Origin: Heterodontus francisci
Taxonomy: Eukaryota
Length of the DNA: 64,000 nucleotides
Assembly: GCF_036365525.1 (NCBI RefSeq)
Contig: NC_090393.1
Location: forward strand, 7,347,572 to 7,411,571
Reading direction: 5' to 3'
Position numbers and translations under genes: made by a program. Below, piece by piece: positions 47,776-59,904 of the stretch. Positions within the stretch are counted from its first letter, which is position 1. Each line of letters opens with the position of its first letter. Below the pieces are notes generated by a model that had not been told where the DNA came from, did not search any database, and saw nothing but the letters and a program-made list of their open reading frames with translations.

Positions 47776-48746
47776 CAGGAGTTTCTCAGGGCAGTGTCCT
47801 AGGCCCAATCATCTTTACCCAGTACCTTCCCTCCATCATAATGTCAGAAGTGCAGATGTTCACTGATGATTGCACAGTGTTCAGCTATATTGACAATTCC
47901 TCAGATACAGAAGCAGTCCATGCCCGCTTGCAGCAAGACCTGGGCAACATTCAGACTTGGGCAGATGAGTGGCAAGTAACATTCATGTCACACAAGTTCC
48001 AGCCACGATCTTCTCCAACGAAAGAGAGTCTAACCACCTCCGCTCAATATTCAATGGCATTACCAGCCTCCACCATCAAAATGCTAGGGGTCACCATTGA
48101 CCAGAAACTGAACTGGAACTGCCATATAAATACTGTGGTTACAAGAGCAGGTCAGAGGCTGGGAATTCTGTGGTGATTAACCCACCTCCTGACTCCCCAA
48201 AACCTCACCACCATTTACAAGGCACAAGTCAGGAGTGTGATGGAATACTCTCCACTTGCCTGGATGGGTGCAGCTTCAGCAATACTGAGGAAGCTCGACA
48301 CCATCCAGGACAAAGCAAACCGCTTGACTGGCACCCCATCTGCCACCTTAAACATTCACACCCTCCACCACTGGCACACCATGGCTGCAGTGTGTACCAT
48401 CTACAAGATGCCCCACTGCAGCAACACGCCAGGTTTCCTCAACAGCACCTTCCAAACCCATGACCTCCACCACCTAGAAGAACAAGGGCAGCAGGGAACA
48501 ACATCACTTGCAAGTTCTCCTACAAGTCACACACCATCCTGACTTAGAAATATATTGCCATTCCTTCACTGTCACTGGGTCAAAACCCTGGAACTCCCTC
48601 CCTGACAGCACTGTGTGCATGCTCTCACCACACGGACTGCAGCGGTTCAACAAGGCAGCTCACCACCACCCTCTCAAGGATAATTAGGGATGGGCAATAA
48701 ATGCTGGCCTTGCCAGCGACACCCACAACCCATGAATGAATAAAAA
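47776..48746 (+). mobile_element. CR1-like LINE 3' region, 5-bp TSD
   Basis: GVSQGSVLGP, MFTDDC, MEYSPLAWMGAA; TSD agttg at 47771-47775 and 48747-48751. Confidence 0.9.
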
Positions 48747-49044
48747 AGTTGTGATGAATTGCATAGATGCATTAAGCTAGATTGAGAAGGGAATAGAGGG
48801 TTATGTTGATGGGGTGAGATGAAGTAGGGCAGGAGAATGCTCGTATGGAGCAGAAACACCGGCACCGATCATTCGTGTCAAATGGCTGTTTCCATGCTGT
48901 GAATTCAATGTAATTCAATGTAATCAGGCTGACTATTTAACAGGAAACATCTGCCATTAAAGTCGGCAGGACAGATGGAAAACCCTTGCTTTTGTCTGAA
49001 AATCCACCTCCCCACCACATTCTTCTCAGCTATAAGTCAATATG

Positions 49045-49760
49045 GGGACCATGGAATACAAAAGTAAGGAAGTTATGCTAAATCTTTATAGTCACTGGTT
49101 AGGCCCCAGCTGGAGTATTGAATCCAATTCTGGGCTCCACGCTTTAGGAAGGATGTCAAGGCCTTGGAGAGCATGCAGAGGAGATTTACTAGAATGATAC
49201 CAGGGATCAGTTACAGGGAGAGAATGGAGAAGATGGGGTTGTTCTCCTTAAAATAGAAAGAAAGACTTGGATTTATTTAGCGCCTTTCACAGCCTCAAGA
49301 CGTCCCCAACACTTTACAGCCAATGAAGTACTATTTTTTGAAGTGTAGTCACTGACATAATGTAGGAATGATAGTAATGTAACTTAAAGCAGATAAGATT
49401 AAGGGGAGGTTTAATAGAGGTGTTCAAAATGATAGATAACTAAGGATAAACTGTTTCCAGTGGCAGGAGGGTTGGTAACCAGAGGACACAGATTTAAGAT
49501 GATTGGCGAAAGAGTTAGAGACAAGATATGGAGAATGTTTTATGCAGCGAGTTGTTGTGATCTGGAATGCGCTGCCTGAAAGGTGGTGGAAGCAGATTCA
49601 ATAGTAACTTTCAAGAGGGAATTGGATAAATACTGGAACAGGAAGAAAATTGCAGAACAATGGGGAAAGAGCAAGGGAGTAGGTCTAATTGGATAGCTCT
49701 TTCAAAGAGCCAGCACAGGCACGATGGGCTGAATGGTCTCCTTGTGCACTGTGTGATTCT
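49045..49760 (+). mobile_element. CR1 3' region with a minus-strand SINE tail inserted (about 49253-49380)
   Basis: ctggttaggccccagctggagtattg; gttgttctcctta resumes as cttaaagcagataagattaagggg. Confidence 0.8.
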
Positions 49761-50549
49761 AAGTAAAAGATTACCAAAAGGTAACGTAGTTACCAGCAGC
49801 ACATGGTGTATGTGGCAGCATTAATCTCAAACAGAACAATCTGTGTGAAGCAGACAAAACATTTAATGTTTTGCATATGTTATCAATGTGTCAATCAGCA
49901 GAGTGCGACACACAGAAAGCAGTAAAATAGACTGCATTAACAGTCTGACATTGCATTGTAATTGCTTGCTGTCAGACCAGGGACTCGATCAATGGCACTC
50001 CGTGGAGATTTAGAGCGTTCCAGCAAATATTACCCGTGACAGGCCCTTTATGTGAAAGACAAAGCTATATTCGTGCATCCTTCATGTGTCAACTTTAGTT
50101 GGGTCTATCAATGAGATTCATTTCACCACCTCATTCAACACTCCAGAAATACTTCTCTTTCTGTACCTCTATAAAATGACAGTGGAATTTTAATTTGCCA
50201 CACTTACTACGTGAAAAGTCTATCTTAAAACATCTGTAATTTAGTGGTTCCAACAGACAAGAAGCCCTGTCTATCACCACACTGCCACTTACAAACATCC
50301 CCCCTCCCCCCCCCCCCCACCACCATCCCCCATGCCCTCCACTCCCCCATTACAGCCTCTCATTACTTATAAAAGGATGATGGGGTCAAATATTCAAGAG
50401 TTCTTCAACACAACTCAGTGCCAGAAATCTCCATGCAGTGATAATTACTTCATTATATACCCAAACATCATACAGATGTCACTGCATGTTGAAGAGGATT
50501 GAGGAAGTACAGTTATGATGAGAGACCTGAGATACTAGGACAGTTTTAT

Positions 50550-50838
50550 TCATTATTTGTTCTTGGGATGTAAGCAATACTGGCACAACCACTTTTATTG
50601 TCCATCCATTGGTGGCTGCAGGGTATTTAGACTCACCCGCGGGACTGGAGTCATCTATAGGCCAGAACAGGTCAGGACAGCAGTTTCCCTCTGCTGACAG
50701 ACATTGGATTTTCTTTTTAATCCAGCAGGTTTCATGGTCAATTTGTTAAAAGTATCTTATTTATTGAATTCAATTTCATAACTTGCCATGGTGAAATTTG
50801 AACTCATCATCTCTCAATTTCTAACCTAGTACCATAAC
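50550..50838 (-). mobile_element. Degraded tRNA-SINE of the 29170 family
   Basis: ctggagtcatctataggccaga...gtgaaatttgaactc. Confidence 0.6.
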
Positions 50839-51485
50839 TTGAGCACATAATCTAGGCTGACATTGTCCTCTGCCTTATTGGAGAGGCTGTTTCCCGGGTG
50901 GGATGTTACACCAAGGCCCGGGTCTGCCCTTTCTGGTGGATGTTGTTGTGTATTGTAGCGTAGATCAAGTGTTGTTTAAAGAAGTCTCAGGTTCTTTGTA
51001 GGGTTAAAGAATAACTCATTTATTTTTCTACTGATATAATTATTTACACTCTCCACAAGCCCATCTAGCCAGCAGACCTCATGCTACTTCTAGCTTCTTC
51101 CCAGCCTAGTACCCATTTGACTATTATATCATTATCACTGCAGTGGGTGAGGTTCACTCTCACTGTCTCAAATATTAACCCTTTCCCTTTCCCGGCCCTT
51201 ATACTACAGATGTAAAAGATCCCATGACTCTATGTTGAAGAAGAGCAGGGCAGTTTTCCCTGGTGTCCTAGCCAATATCTACCCCTCAACCAACATCCCA
51301 AAAAAGCAGATTATCTGGTCATTATCCCATTGCTGTTTGTGGGAGCTTGCTGTCCGCGAATGGGCTGCCACGTTTCCTACATAGCAACTGTGACCACACT
51401 TCATAAAGTACGTCATTGGCTGAAAAGGGCTTTGCATCATCCTGAGGTCTTAAAAGGCACTATATAAATGAAAGTTGTTTTTCTC
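50838..51485 (+). mobile_element. SacSINE1-like SINE hosting a short solo LTR
   Basis: ggtggatgt|aaaagatccc is colinear across 50944-51208. Confidence 0.8.
50944..51208 (-). mobile_element. Short solo-LTR-like insertion, 265 bp, 5-bp TSD
   Basis: TGT...ACA termini; TSD gatgt at 50939-50943 and 51209-51213; strand guessed from tttatt at about 51019. Confidence 0.75.
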
Positions 51486-51664
51486 TATAACCACTAGGCT
51501 ACAGCATTTCACTTAAGCTTGGGCAATCTAATAGAGGTTTCTAAAATTATGAAGACTTTTGATGGAATGAATGGGGAAAGATTGTTTCCCCTGGTCAGGA
51601 GGTCAGTGACAAGAGGGGTCAGCAGTTTCAAATTGTTACTATGAGAGTGAAAGGAGTGATTTCT

Positions 51665-51945
51665 TTTTTATACTTTCTTGGGATGTGGGTGTCGCTGGCC
51701 AGGCCAACATTTATTGCCCATCCCTAATTGCCCTTGAGAAGGTGGTGATGAGCTGCCTTCTTAAACTGCTGCAGTCTATGTGATGTAGGTACACCCACAG
51801 TGCTGTTAGGAAGGGAGTTCCAGGTTTTTGACCCAGTGACAGTGAAGGAACAACGATATATTTCCAAGTCAGGATGATGAGTGACCTAGAGGGAAACTTG
51901 CAGCTGGTGGTGTTCCCATGCATCTGCTGCCCTTGTCCTTCTCAG
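51665..51945 (-). mobile_element. CR1-like LINE 3' end
   Basis: Reverse complement of 25420-25690. Confidence 0.85.
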
Positions 51946-53128
51946 AGAAATTTCTTGACACAGAGACATCTTGGAGCAGGGACTGTTTGGCCCCAGGGAG
52001 TAGTTTGAGAGAGAGACAATTGCATCCTTCTGAGAGCAATATTTGAAACAGAGGATGACAAAGGGCAATAGGCAAGGGAAAGCAGGGCAGTGCAAGCCCT
52101 GCTGGCACACAGCAGGAGTGCCCATCTTGGACTTACTAAAATAATCTGGGCTGCTACCATGCTGAGACCCCCACCCACTCCACCCTCCATTCACTGCCAG
52201 CTGCTCCGGCCCAATCTGATTGGGTCCCCACAAATCACCTGCTAAAATTTAATTGAGGATAGGGCCTCAAAATGGCAGGGCCATGTCAAAGGCCAAATTC
52301 AAGCACCCTCCCCCCATCCCCAATCCCCACCCCCAGTTGATTTGCAGATGCTGCAGGCCATTACACTTGGGTTTTGAAGCGATGAGTCTCTGGATTTTGT
52401 CCAACAACAACTAAGCACTGAAATATGTAAACATGTCACTTTGGAAAGGCTCCATCTTCTATTAAAAGGAATCTGCAGATTGAAGCCTTAGAAGCTGCTT
52501 CATTCTGGCTGCTCACAGCATTGGGAAGTCATAACTTATCAAATAAATGCGTTAGGCTTAGAATCTGATGGAGTGTTAGCCTAGTTAAACATTTCCCATC
52601 ACCCTTCAGCTCGAAGATTTTTTTGCGCTGTAACCTGCTGGAACTGTGAGCTGACAATGGTACGGTGAGGACAACTGGACCTCTGAGATCTCAGTGAATG
52701 AGGAGACCAACCAGTCTACCTCCTTAACCAATGAGATTTAAGGATTGAGAAAGAAACAGAGGAATGCCAGAAAAGGAAATCGGGTGAATTCGAGTTAAAT
52801 CAAGTTTGGAAAGAGAAATAAAGAGAGGGAAAGATTGCATTAAAAGATAATGGGAAAAAATACAGAAAAGAAAAGTAAGAAAAAATGAAATATAGAATTT
52901 TAAGAATCTCTAACAATAATTTACTAACTGAAGGAATGAGACTCCACAATTTCAGTTGTTCCCTTTCTGGGCCAGAGAGGTTGAGTGGCATTACAGGAAC
53001 ATAAATCTTGTTTTTACAAGGGTCCTTACACTGCTAAGTACCAGTCTTAACTCTCAGCAGTGAGTTTAATGGATAATTAATGTGCAAAGGCAGCAATTTT
53101 TGACAATCACAGGGTGGTTGAGGGTGAG

Positions 53129-53443
53129 GTGGTTAGCACCGCAGCCTCACAGCTCCAGGGACCCAGGTTCGATTCTGGGTACTGCCTGTGCGGAGTTTGC
53201 AAGTTCTCCCTGTGTCTGCGTGGGTTTTCGACGGGTGCTCCGGTTTCCTCCCACATCCAAAAGACTTGCAGGTGATAGGTAAATTGGCCGTTGTAAATTG
53301 TCCCTAGTGTAGGGAGGTGATAGGGAATATGGGATTACTGTAGGGTTATATAAATGGGTGGCTGTTGGTCGGCACAGACTCGGTGGGCCGAAGGGCCTGT
53401 TTCAGTGCTGTATCTCTAAATAAATAAATAAAAAATAAATAAA
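53129..53443 (+). mobile_element. HE1-like V-SINE, 5' end clipped
   Basis: Matches 1988-2310 with an internal deletion; (taaa)n tail. Confidence 0.88.
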
Positions 53444-53609
53444 TTACAGTAGAATCGTTACCAACAGCTGTGTCCAAAAAATAGGGGCAGTGGTTACAAC
53501 CTGAAATGATTGAACTCAATGTTGCATCTGGAGTGCCTCAGCTTCATTCCCTTACACCCCTACCAGAGGCGTTGAGGAAGGGAAGAGTCAGAGATGGACC
53601 TTGTGAAGT

Positions 53610-54100
53610 GAACCTTACATTTCTATAGCACCTTTCACAACTCAGGGTGTCCCAAAGCACTTTACAGCCAATAAACTACTTTTTGAAGTCTAGTCACTGT
53701 TGCAATGTAGGAAACATAGTAGCAAATTTGTACACAGCAAGCTCCCACAAACAGCAGTGAGATAATGACCAGATCATCTGTTCTGGAGATCAGGACAAAC
53801 TTGATGGGCCAAATGCCCTCCTTCTCTGCTGTACTGTTCTATAATCCTATCTGAGGATAAATATTGGCCCAGGACATGGGGAAAATCCTCCTGCTCTTTT
53901 CCAATTGTACTGTGGGATCTTTTACATCCCCTGAGGGGGCAGGCGGGGCCTTGGTTTAACATCCCATCTGAAAGAAGGCACATCTGACAGTGCAGCACTC
54001 CCTCAGTGCCGCACTGGGAGTGTCAGGCTAGGATATAGGGCTAAAATCTCATGGAGTAGCATTTGAACTCACAAGCTATCTGAGCCACAGCTGATACATT
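53610..54100 (-). mobile_element. SacSINE1-like SINE with a small CR1 tail insert (about 53785-53850)
   Basis: Tail, core and head recognisable. Confidence 0.8.
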
Positions 54101-54619
54101 TAGCCTCAGAACAGCCTGTTCCAAATAAGGGAGATTACCAGCCCAGTTTTCGGCTTTAGATTACACAAGTCTGAACACACCAATGTTATTTACCATTGGA
54201 CAAGTGGTTTGGAAGTCTAACACAGTCCTGCCCATTCACACACAGGAACTGAATAGAGCAGAATCCTGATTTATTGATTTCAATCCCCAATATTTTAGGC
54301 AAGTGATGATTAATTATAAAATGAAAAAAGTCTATATTTTTTAATTCAATAGATTAATCACAATGCAAATCATGCACAATTTAAGATGATTTATAAGATG
54401 TTTATTCACTGAGCACATTGTCTTTCTCGTCTGTTTCTCGTTGCATTTGCTGCCACCTTGCTTTCTCAAAGTGCATTAATCAGCAAAGACAGTATTCATT
54501 TGAGTGGAACAATATGTGGCAATAACCAAATATTTCCCATTAGATACATTTTTTTCTCTCCCTGTATATTACAGAGGCCCATAAATCCCTTAACAGTAAA
54601 AGGTAATTGACAAGCATCT

Positions 54620-54930
54620 CACTGCCGCCTTCGGATGAAACATTTAACCAAGGCCCTGTCAACCCTCTCAGGTGGACGACAAAGATCCCAATATTTTGAA
54701 GAGGAGCAGGGCAGTTCTCCCTGGTGTCCTGGTCGATATCTACCCCTCAACCAACATCACTAAAAAACAGATTATCTGGTCATTATTGCATTGCTGTTTG
54801 TGAGAGCTTGCTGGCGCATTTCCTACGTGACAACAGTGACTACACTTCAAATGTTCTTCATTGGCCTTGAAGCACTTTGGGATGCCCTGAGGTCATGAAA
54901 GGTGCTATAGAAATGCAGGCTTTCTCTTCC
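54620..54930 (+). mobile_element. SacSINE1-like SINE (Deu core plus tail)
   Basis: tgccgccttcggatgaaacatttaaccaaggccc...aaatgcagg. Confidence 0.85.
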
Positions 54931-55332
54931 TGACCAAGTTGGGTAACCCTCAGTGCCAGTTAAGATTGTTAATGTGGGATGAAGATTAAAATCTAAGCTG
55001 GCAATCTCTTCCTATCATTCCAGTTACCAATCATTCAACCCAAATTATCCTGTCATCTCAAGTGGCATTTATATTCAAACTTCAAAAACAGACAATATCA
55101 ATTCCCCACCAGATACTCCTTAGTGTGTGATGTGAGGCCAGAGACAATGACTTCATATATGGAGTCAACAAGATACACGTTAAGGGCCACACACTTGTCA
55201 ATAATTAATGATCTAAGTTAATTTTCAAATCTCATCCAAAAGTGGTACACTCCACAGTTCAGGTCATCAACATGAGCTGTGTATGAGGCAGAACATGTTC
55301 CCGTCCAATTAACACGACCAAAAGTCACTACC

Positions 55333-56140
55333 AACAACAATAACTTGCATTTATATAGCACCACTTCACAGGCGTGTTATCAGACAAACCTTGACACTGA
55401 GCCACTTAAGGAAATATTAGGACAGGTGAGCAAAAGCTTTTCTTTTGAATTATTCAGTTGTGGGATGTGGGCTTCGCTGGCACGGACAGAATCCATCCAT
55501 AATTGCCCTTGAGAAGGTGGTAGTGAGCCGCCTTCTTGAATAGAACCAAGTGGCTTTCTAGGCCATTTTAGAGGGCGGTTAAGTGTCAACCACATTGCTC
55601 TGCCTCTAGAATCACCTGTAGGCCAGACCAGGTAAGGATGGCAGATTTCCTTCCATAAAGGTCATTAATGAACCAGATGGGGTTTTATGACAAATCAGTA
55701 GTTTCATGGTCACCATTACTGATATGAGCTTCTTATTCCGGATTTATTTAATTAACAATTTAACTTCCCCAGCTGCTGTGGTGAAATTTGAACTCATATC
55801 ACCAGATCATTAATCGAGGGTCACTGACTTGAAATGTTAACTCTGCTTCTCTCTCCGCTGATGCTGCCAGACCTGCTGAGTGTTTCCAGCACTTTCTTGT
55901 TTTTGTTTCATTAATCCGGGCCTCTGTATTACTAGTCTAGTAACATAACATATGCTATCATATCCCAAATATTTAGCTAAAGAGATGAATTTTAAGGAGC
56001 CTCTCAAAGGAGCGGTGAGAAAGGCAGAGAGATTTAGGGAGGGAATTCCAGAACTTAGGGCCCAGGCAGCTGAAGGTACGGCCGCCAATGGTGGAGAACA
56101 AGAAATTGGGGATGTGCAAGAGGCCAGAATTGGAGGAGTT
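55333..56140 (-). mobile_element. L2 3' end interrupted by a tRNA-SINE (about 55445-55965), itself interrupted by a Penelope fragment
   Basis: L2 gagcaaaagctt resumes as aaagagatgaattttaaggag; the SINE matches the 29170 family. Confidence 0.75.
55816..55907 (+). mobile_element. Penelope-like fragment, 9-bp TSD
   Basis: gggtcactgacttgaaatgttaactctgc...; TSD tcattaatc at 55807-55815 and 55908-55916. Confidence 0.8.
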
Positions 56141-56299
56141 CCTTACTGGCGACACTGTCCCAATCTTCCTGCCATTGGATGCTTGTGTGTCAACAGTCTC
56201 TAGATGTTGATGCCAATATGAGTGTACCTGCTCTAGACTCCAATTCTTGGATTTGCAGAGTCTGCACTCAGTGCCCCATCAGATCACGTTGGGAGGAAG

Positions 56300-56630
56300 A
56301 GAGAGTTTTGATAGAGTAAATAAGGAGAAACTGTATCCAGTGACAGGAGGGTTGACAACCAGAGGACACCTATTTAAGGTAATTGGCTAAAGGATCAGAG
56401 GGGAGATGAGGAGAATCTGTCTTTAGCAATGAGATCTGGAATGCGCTACCTGAAAGGGCGGTGGAAGCAGCTTCAATAGGAACTTTCAAAAGGGAATTGG
56501 ATACAAATTTGAAGGGGAGAAAATTGCAGGTCTATGGGGAAAGAGCAGGAGGAGTGGGATTAATTGGATAGCTCCTTCAAAGAGCCGCACAGGCACGATG
56601 GGCCAAACGGCCTCCTTCTGTGCTATAAGG
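56300..56630 (+). mobile_element. CR1 3' end
   Basis: Homologous to 49430-49760. Confidence 0.8.
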
Positions 56631-56974
56631 TTCTAGGGAGAACATTTACCTTTGCACCATAACGGTACATTTTTTTTAACAGGAGTGGGACCCAGGCTCT
56701 AGGCTGGAGCAGTAGGTGACACAATCACTGCTGCGGCTGGGGGCTGTGGCCCCGGCACTGGTTCTCTATTCGTGGGAGATCCAGGAGCTCAGGACCTCAG
56801 TGCTCCTCACATACATACATCCATCAGAGTGAACCTGGCCCATACCCACCACCAATATCACACAGATGGATAAACATCTAGATTCAGCTGCATGGCCTGG
56901 ACACATTGTGACGGGGTCAGGCAGGTTCAGAGGGGAAGGGGCAATGAATGAACCACAAGCCAAATGCAGCATAA

Positions 56975-57362
56975 AGAAAGAGCTCGCATTTATATAGTGC
57001 CTCAGGATGTCCCAAAGTGCTTTCCAGCCAGTGAAATACTTTTGAAATGTAGTCGCTGTTGCAATGTAGGGAATCACATCAGCCAATTTGAGCACAGCAA
57101 GCTCCCACAAACAGAAATGTGTTGATGACCAGACAATTTGTTTTAATGATGTTGGTTGAGGGATAAATGTGGGCCAGGACACCAGGGAGAACTCCTCTGT
57201 TCTTCTGGTTATCTGGTCAGTATCACATTGCTCCTTGTGGGATCTTGCTGTGCACAAGTTGGTTGCACATTCCCTACAACAGTTGCTACACTTCAAAAGT
57301 ACTTATTTGGTCCTTTGGGTTATCCTAAGGTTGTGAAAGGTGCTATATTAATGCATATTCTT
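56975..57362. mobile_element. Two SacSINE1-like 3' halves in inverted orientation
   Basis: 56975-57200 on minus, 57208-57362 on plus. Confidence 0.8.
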
Positions 57363-58139
57363 TTTCAGGTTTTCCAGTTCTTCAGGTGTGATGTCAGATG
57401 TCAGACTAATTTGTTACGGAAATATCTGTACTTCCTCTAACGTGCCAGAACATTCCAAGGCTGTTCAGGGAAACCAGGCTGAAATATAGTCCAATTCTGA
57501 TCTTGAACTGCCATTTGGCATTTGATTAAATGTGCTAAAGCCTCCTCATCTTCCAACGCTGCGATCCATCACCTTAATAAACAGAGAACATTCCATCTTA
57601 CTTCACACAAATAGTTTATTAAGGGCCACGTTATATCTTTATTGCTGTATGTGTGCAGAGAAAACTGTCCAAAGAGTTCATAAATCTCATAAATTTCTCA
57701 AGACTAGTGGGCAGAAATGTTTATGTTTGAGCTCTGAAATGTTTATGAAAATTAATCTTGTTGTAATGTCATTGCATGGCATTCTTTAAATACTAGCTAC
57801 ACATCAATTTACATAAACTCACTCAAAGTTAAAGGACAGTTATTTTAGTCTTGTAAGTAGAATTAATGGACAATGGAAAATTAATTGAAAGGTTCATATC
57901 ATGTGTAATCGTCAACCTGATATCAAAGGCACCTTCACTTTCAAATACTAGAGACTAACTGATGTCATTAAGTGGAAAAATCCTTCTGTATTTAATATAG
58001 GCCTGTTCTTAGTGGTGAACTTTCAGTTACGTTACTGCAGTCTCATTTCATCGAGAGTAAAGTTGGCTTTGAATTGAGAATCAACAGAGAAAGCAGGTCC
58101 TGCTTGGGCTGGAAATTAAGAGAGAAATTTTAAACCAAG

Positions 58140-59050
58140 GCAGAACTGTGTGGAGGCTGGAAATCTGAAATAAAAAGCAGAAAATGCTGGGAATATTCAG
58201 CAAGTCAGGCAGGAGAAGCACAGGGTTAACGGGAGGAATTTGAACCCTCCCCCCCAAAACAGATGGGTTTGAGTCGGGTGGCAAGTAAAAATATTAGAAA
58301 TGTAAAACACGAACCCAACCCACCTTGAACCCGGCCACTTCTGGTTTTAACAAGGCAGGAGGCAGGTCATTCATTGAATCGTTCTAAGGAGGCTGCATGC
58401 CTCTGTTTTAACTCCTGGAGGTTGGGGTTCCCAGGGCTCGGGAATCCTGCCAGGTAAAAGGACGCAAGATGAGCTGGATCCATCAGGAAAGCTCCTTTCC
58501 AGCACTGCTTGTGGGCCAGGAGAAGCAGAGTGTTTCCCTCAGGCCAACATGCTAACCCGTTAAAGCCCCCCACTCCAAGATCACGGACTCCCACCTCAGC
58601 AATCTCTTCCCCCAACCTTCCCCTCTCACCATCACTCTGACCCCTCTATCTCCCCAACCACCTCTGTGAAGACTGAACCCCAGATCTCCCACCAATTCCC
58701 CTGACCACTCCCTCCATATCTTCTCCGACCCCTTCAAGACTGGACCGGCGACCCCACTTCACCTACCTCTTCTCCAGGGTTCCAGCTTGGATCTGAGGCC
58801 TCTGCAGTACTGGCAGTAGCCACCACTCCCGGTGGTGCTGCCGATACTGCTGAGCTGCCAACCCTCTGATGGGAGGCAGGATCCCCATCCCTATAGAGTC
58901 TTTAAAGAGACGGGGATCCTGCCTCCTAAAACTTTGACCCCAAAAGACTAGAGGATTGCTCGCGGGGGCCGAAAAAAATGCAGGGGCAGTGTTCCCCCCG
59001 CCTTTTCAGCCTGGCGCCGGGAGTCCCACCTCCTGCACAAAATCCAGCCC
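58140..59050. mobile_element. Penelope fragment (58140-58230) followed by GC-rich inverted-repeat element(s) (58231-59050)
   Basis: gctggaaatctgaaataaaaagcagaaaatgctgg; termini gggaggaattt...aaaatccagccc. Confidence 0.6.
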
Positions 59051-59345
59051 TCTGTCTCTATTTTGCTTCCTTTTTTCTCTGTTTCTCTCTCTCAATCTCT
59101 GTCTCTCTCCCTCTTTCTCTCTCTCCTTTCTCTCTTTATTTGTCCCTCTTTATGTCTGTCTGCCTCTCTGTCTCCATCTCTCCCTCTTTCTCTCTGACTC
59201 TCTCTTTCTGTCTGTCTGTCTCTCCCTGTCTCTGACTCTCTCCATCTCTCTCTTTCTCTGTCAGTTTGTCTCCCTCTGTCTTTCTCTCCCTCCCTTTTTC
59301 CCTCTGTCTCTCTCCCGTTTCCCTCTTCCTCTCTTTGTCTCTGTA
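59051..59345 (+). repeat. CT-rich degenerate microsatellite
   Basis: Directly visible. Confidence 0.92.
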
Positions 59346-59677
59346 TTTCGGTTTCCGTTTGAAAGTTATACAGATCTTTATTTCAATATTTACATCATAA
59401 ATTTTTACATCCATGTTTATAATGGAATCTTAAATTGGAACTGCACTGCCTTCCCAGCAGTGGTACTGCAGCACCTCCACTGGGAGGAGGATATAATTAC
59501 AGCATGACAAGTTTACATAGGAAGTTTCTATTGTAAATGCAACCATAGGAATTTATAATTGAAAGAGTCTTCTGTATTCTTGCATATGGCAAATCAGAAG
59601 ATGTATTATTTTGTAAGGGGGGAACAATTACACACAATGTATTTTTTGACTGCTAGTTTTCAACTGTCTATAACCTG

Positions 59678-59710
59678 TGAAGGAGGCCCAAAAGAAAGAA
59701 AGAAAGAAGA
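59678..59710 (+). mobile_element. Ultra-short RTE 3' tail insertion, 8-bp TSD
   Basis: aaggaggcccaaaagaaagaaagaaagaaga matches the tail at 39806-39840; TSD ataacctg at 59670-59677 and 59711-59718. Confidence 0.85.
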
Positions 59711-59904
59711 ATAACCTGGCCAGTCCCTTTATGGCTTACAAGGTCTAATTACTTGTCGTAATGTCAATTAGAGGTCATATGATCTTTGTGACATCCTTTA
59801 GAAGTGGACTTTTTTTCTCTCTTTTAATGCATTATTTGAAATGGAACACAAAATTTGCATGTGGGACAAAGTGTGATATCGGCATATCTTGAAGTTGTTG
59901 GAAA

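Larger units (their letters stand above)
46195..48920 (+). mobile_element. Old CR1 3' region broken into three pieces (46195-46428, 47603-47775, 48747-48920)
   Basis: LIRPHLEYCEQFWSPYY, then ttatgaaaggg...atgtggaactcgctac, then the tail; the pieces are colinear. Confidence 0.75.
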
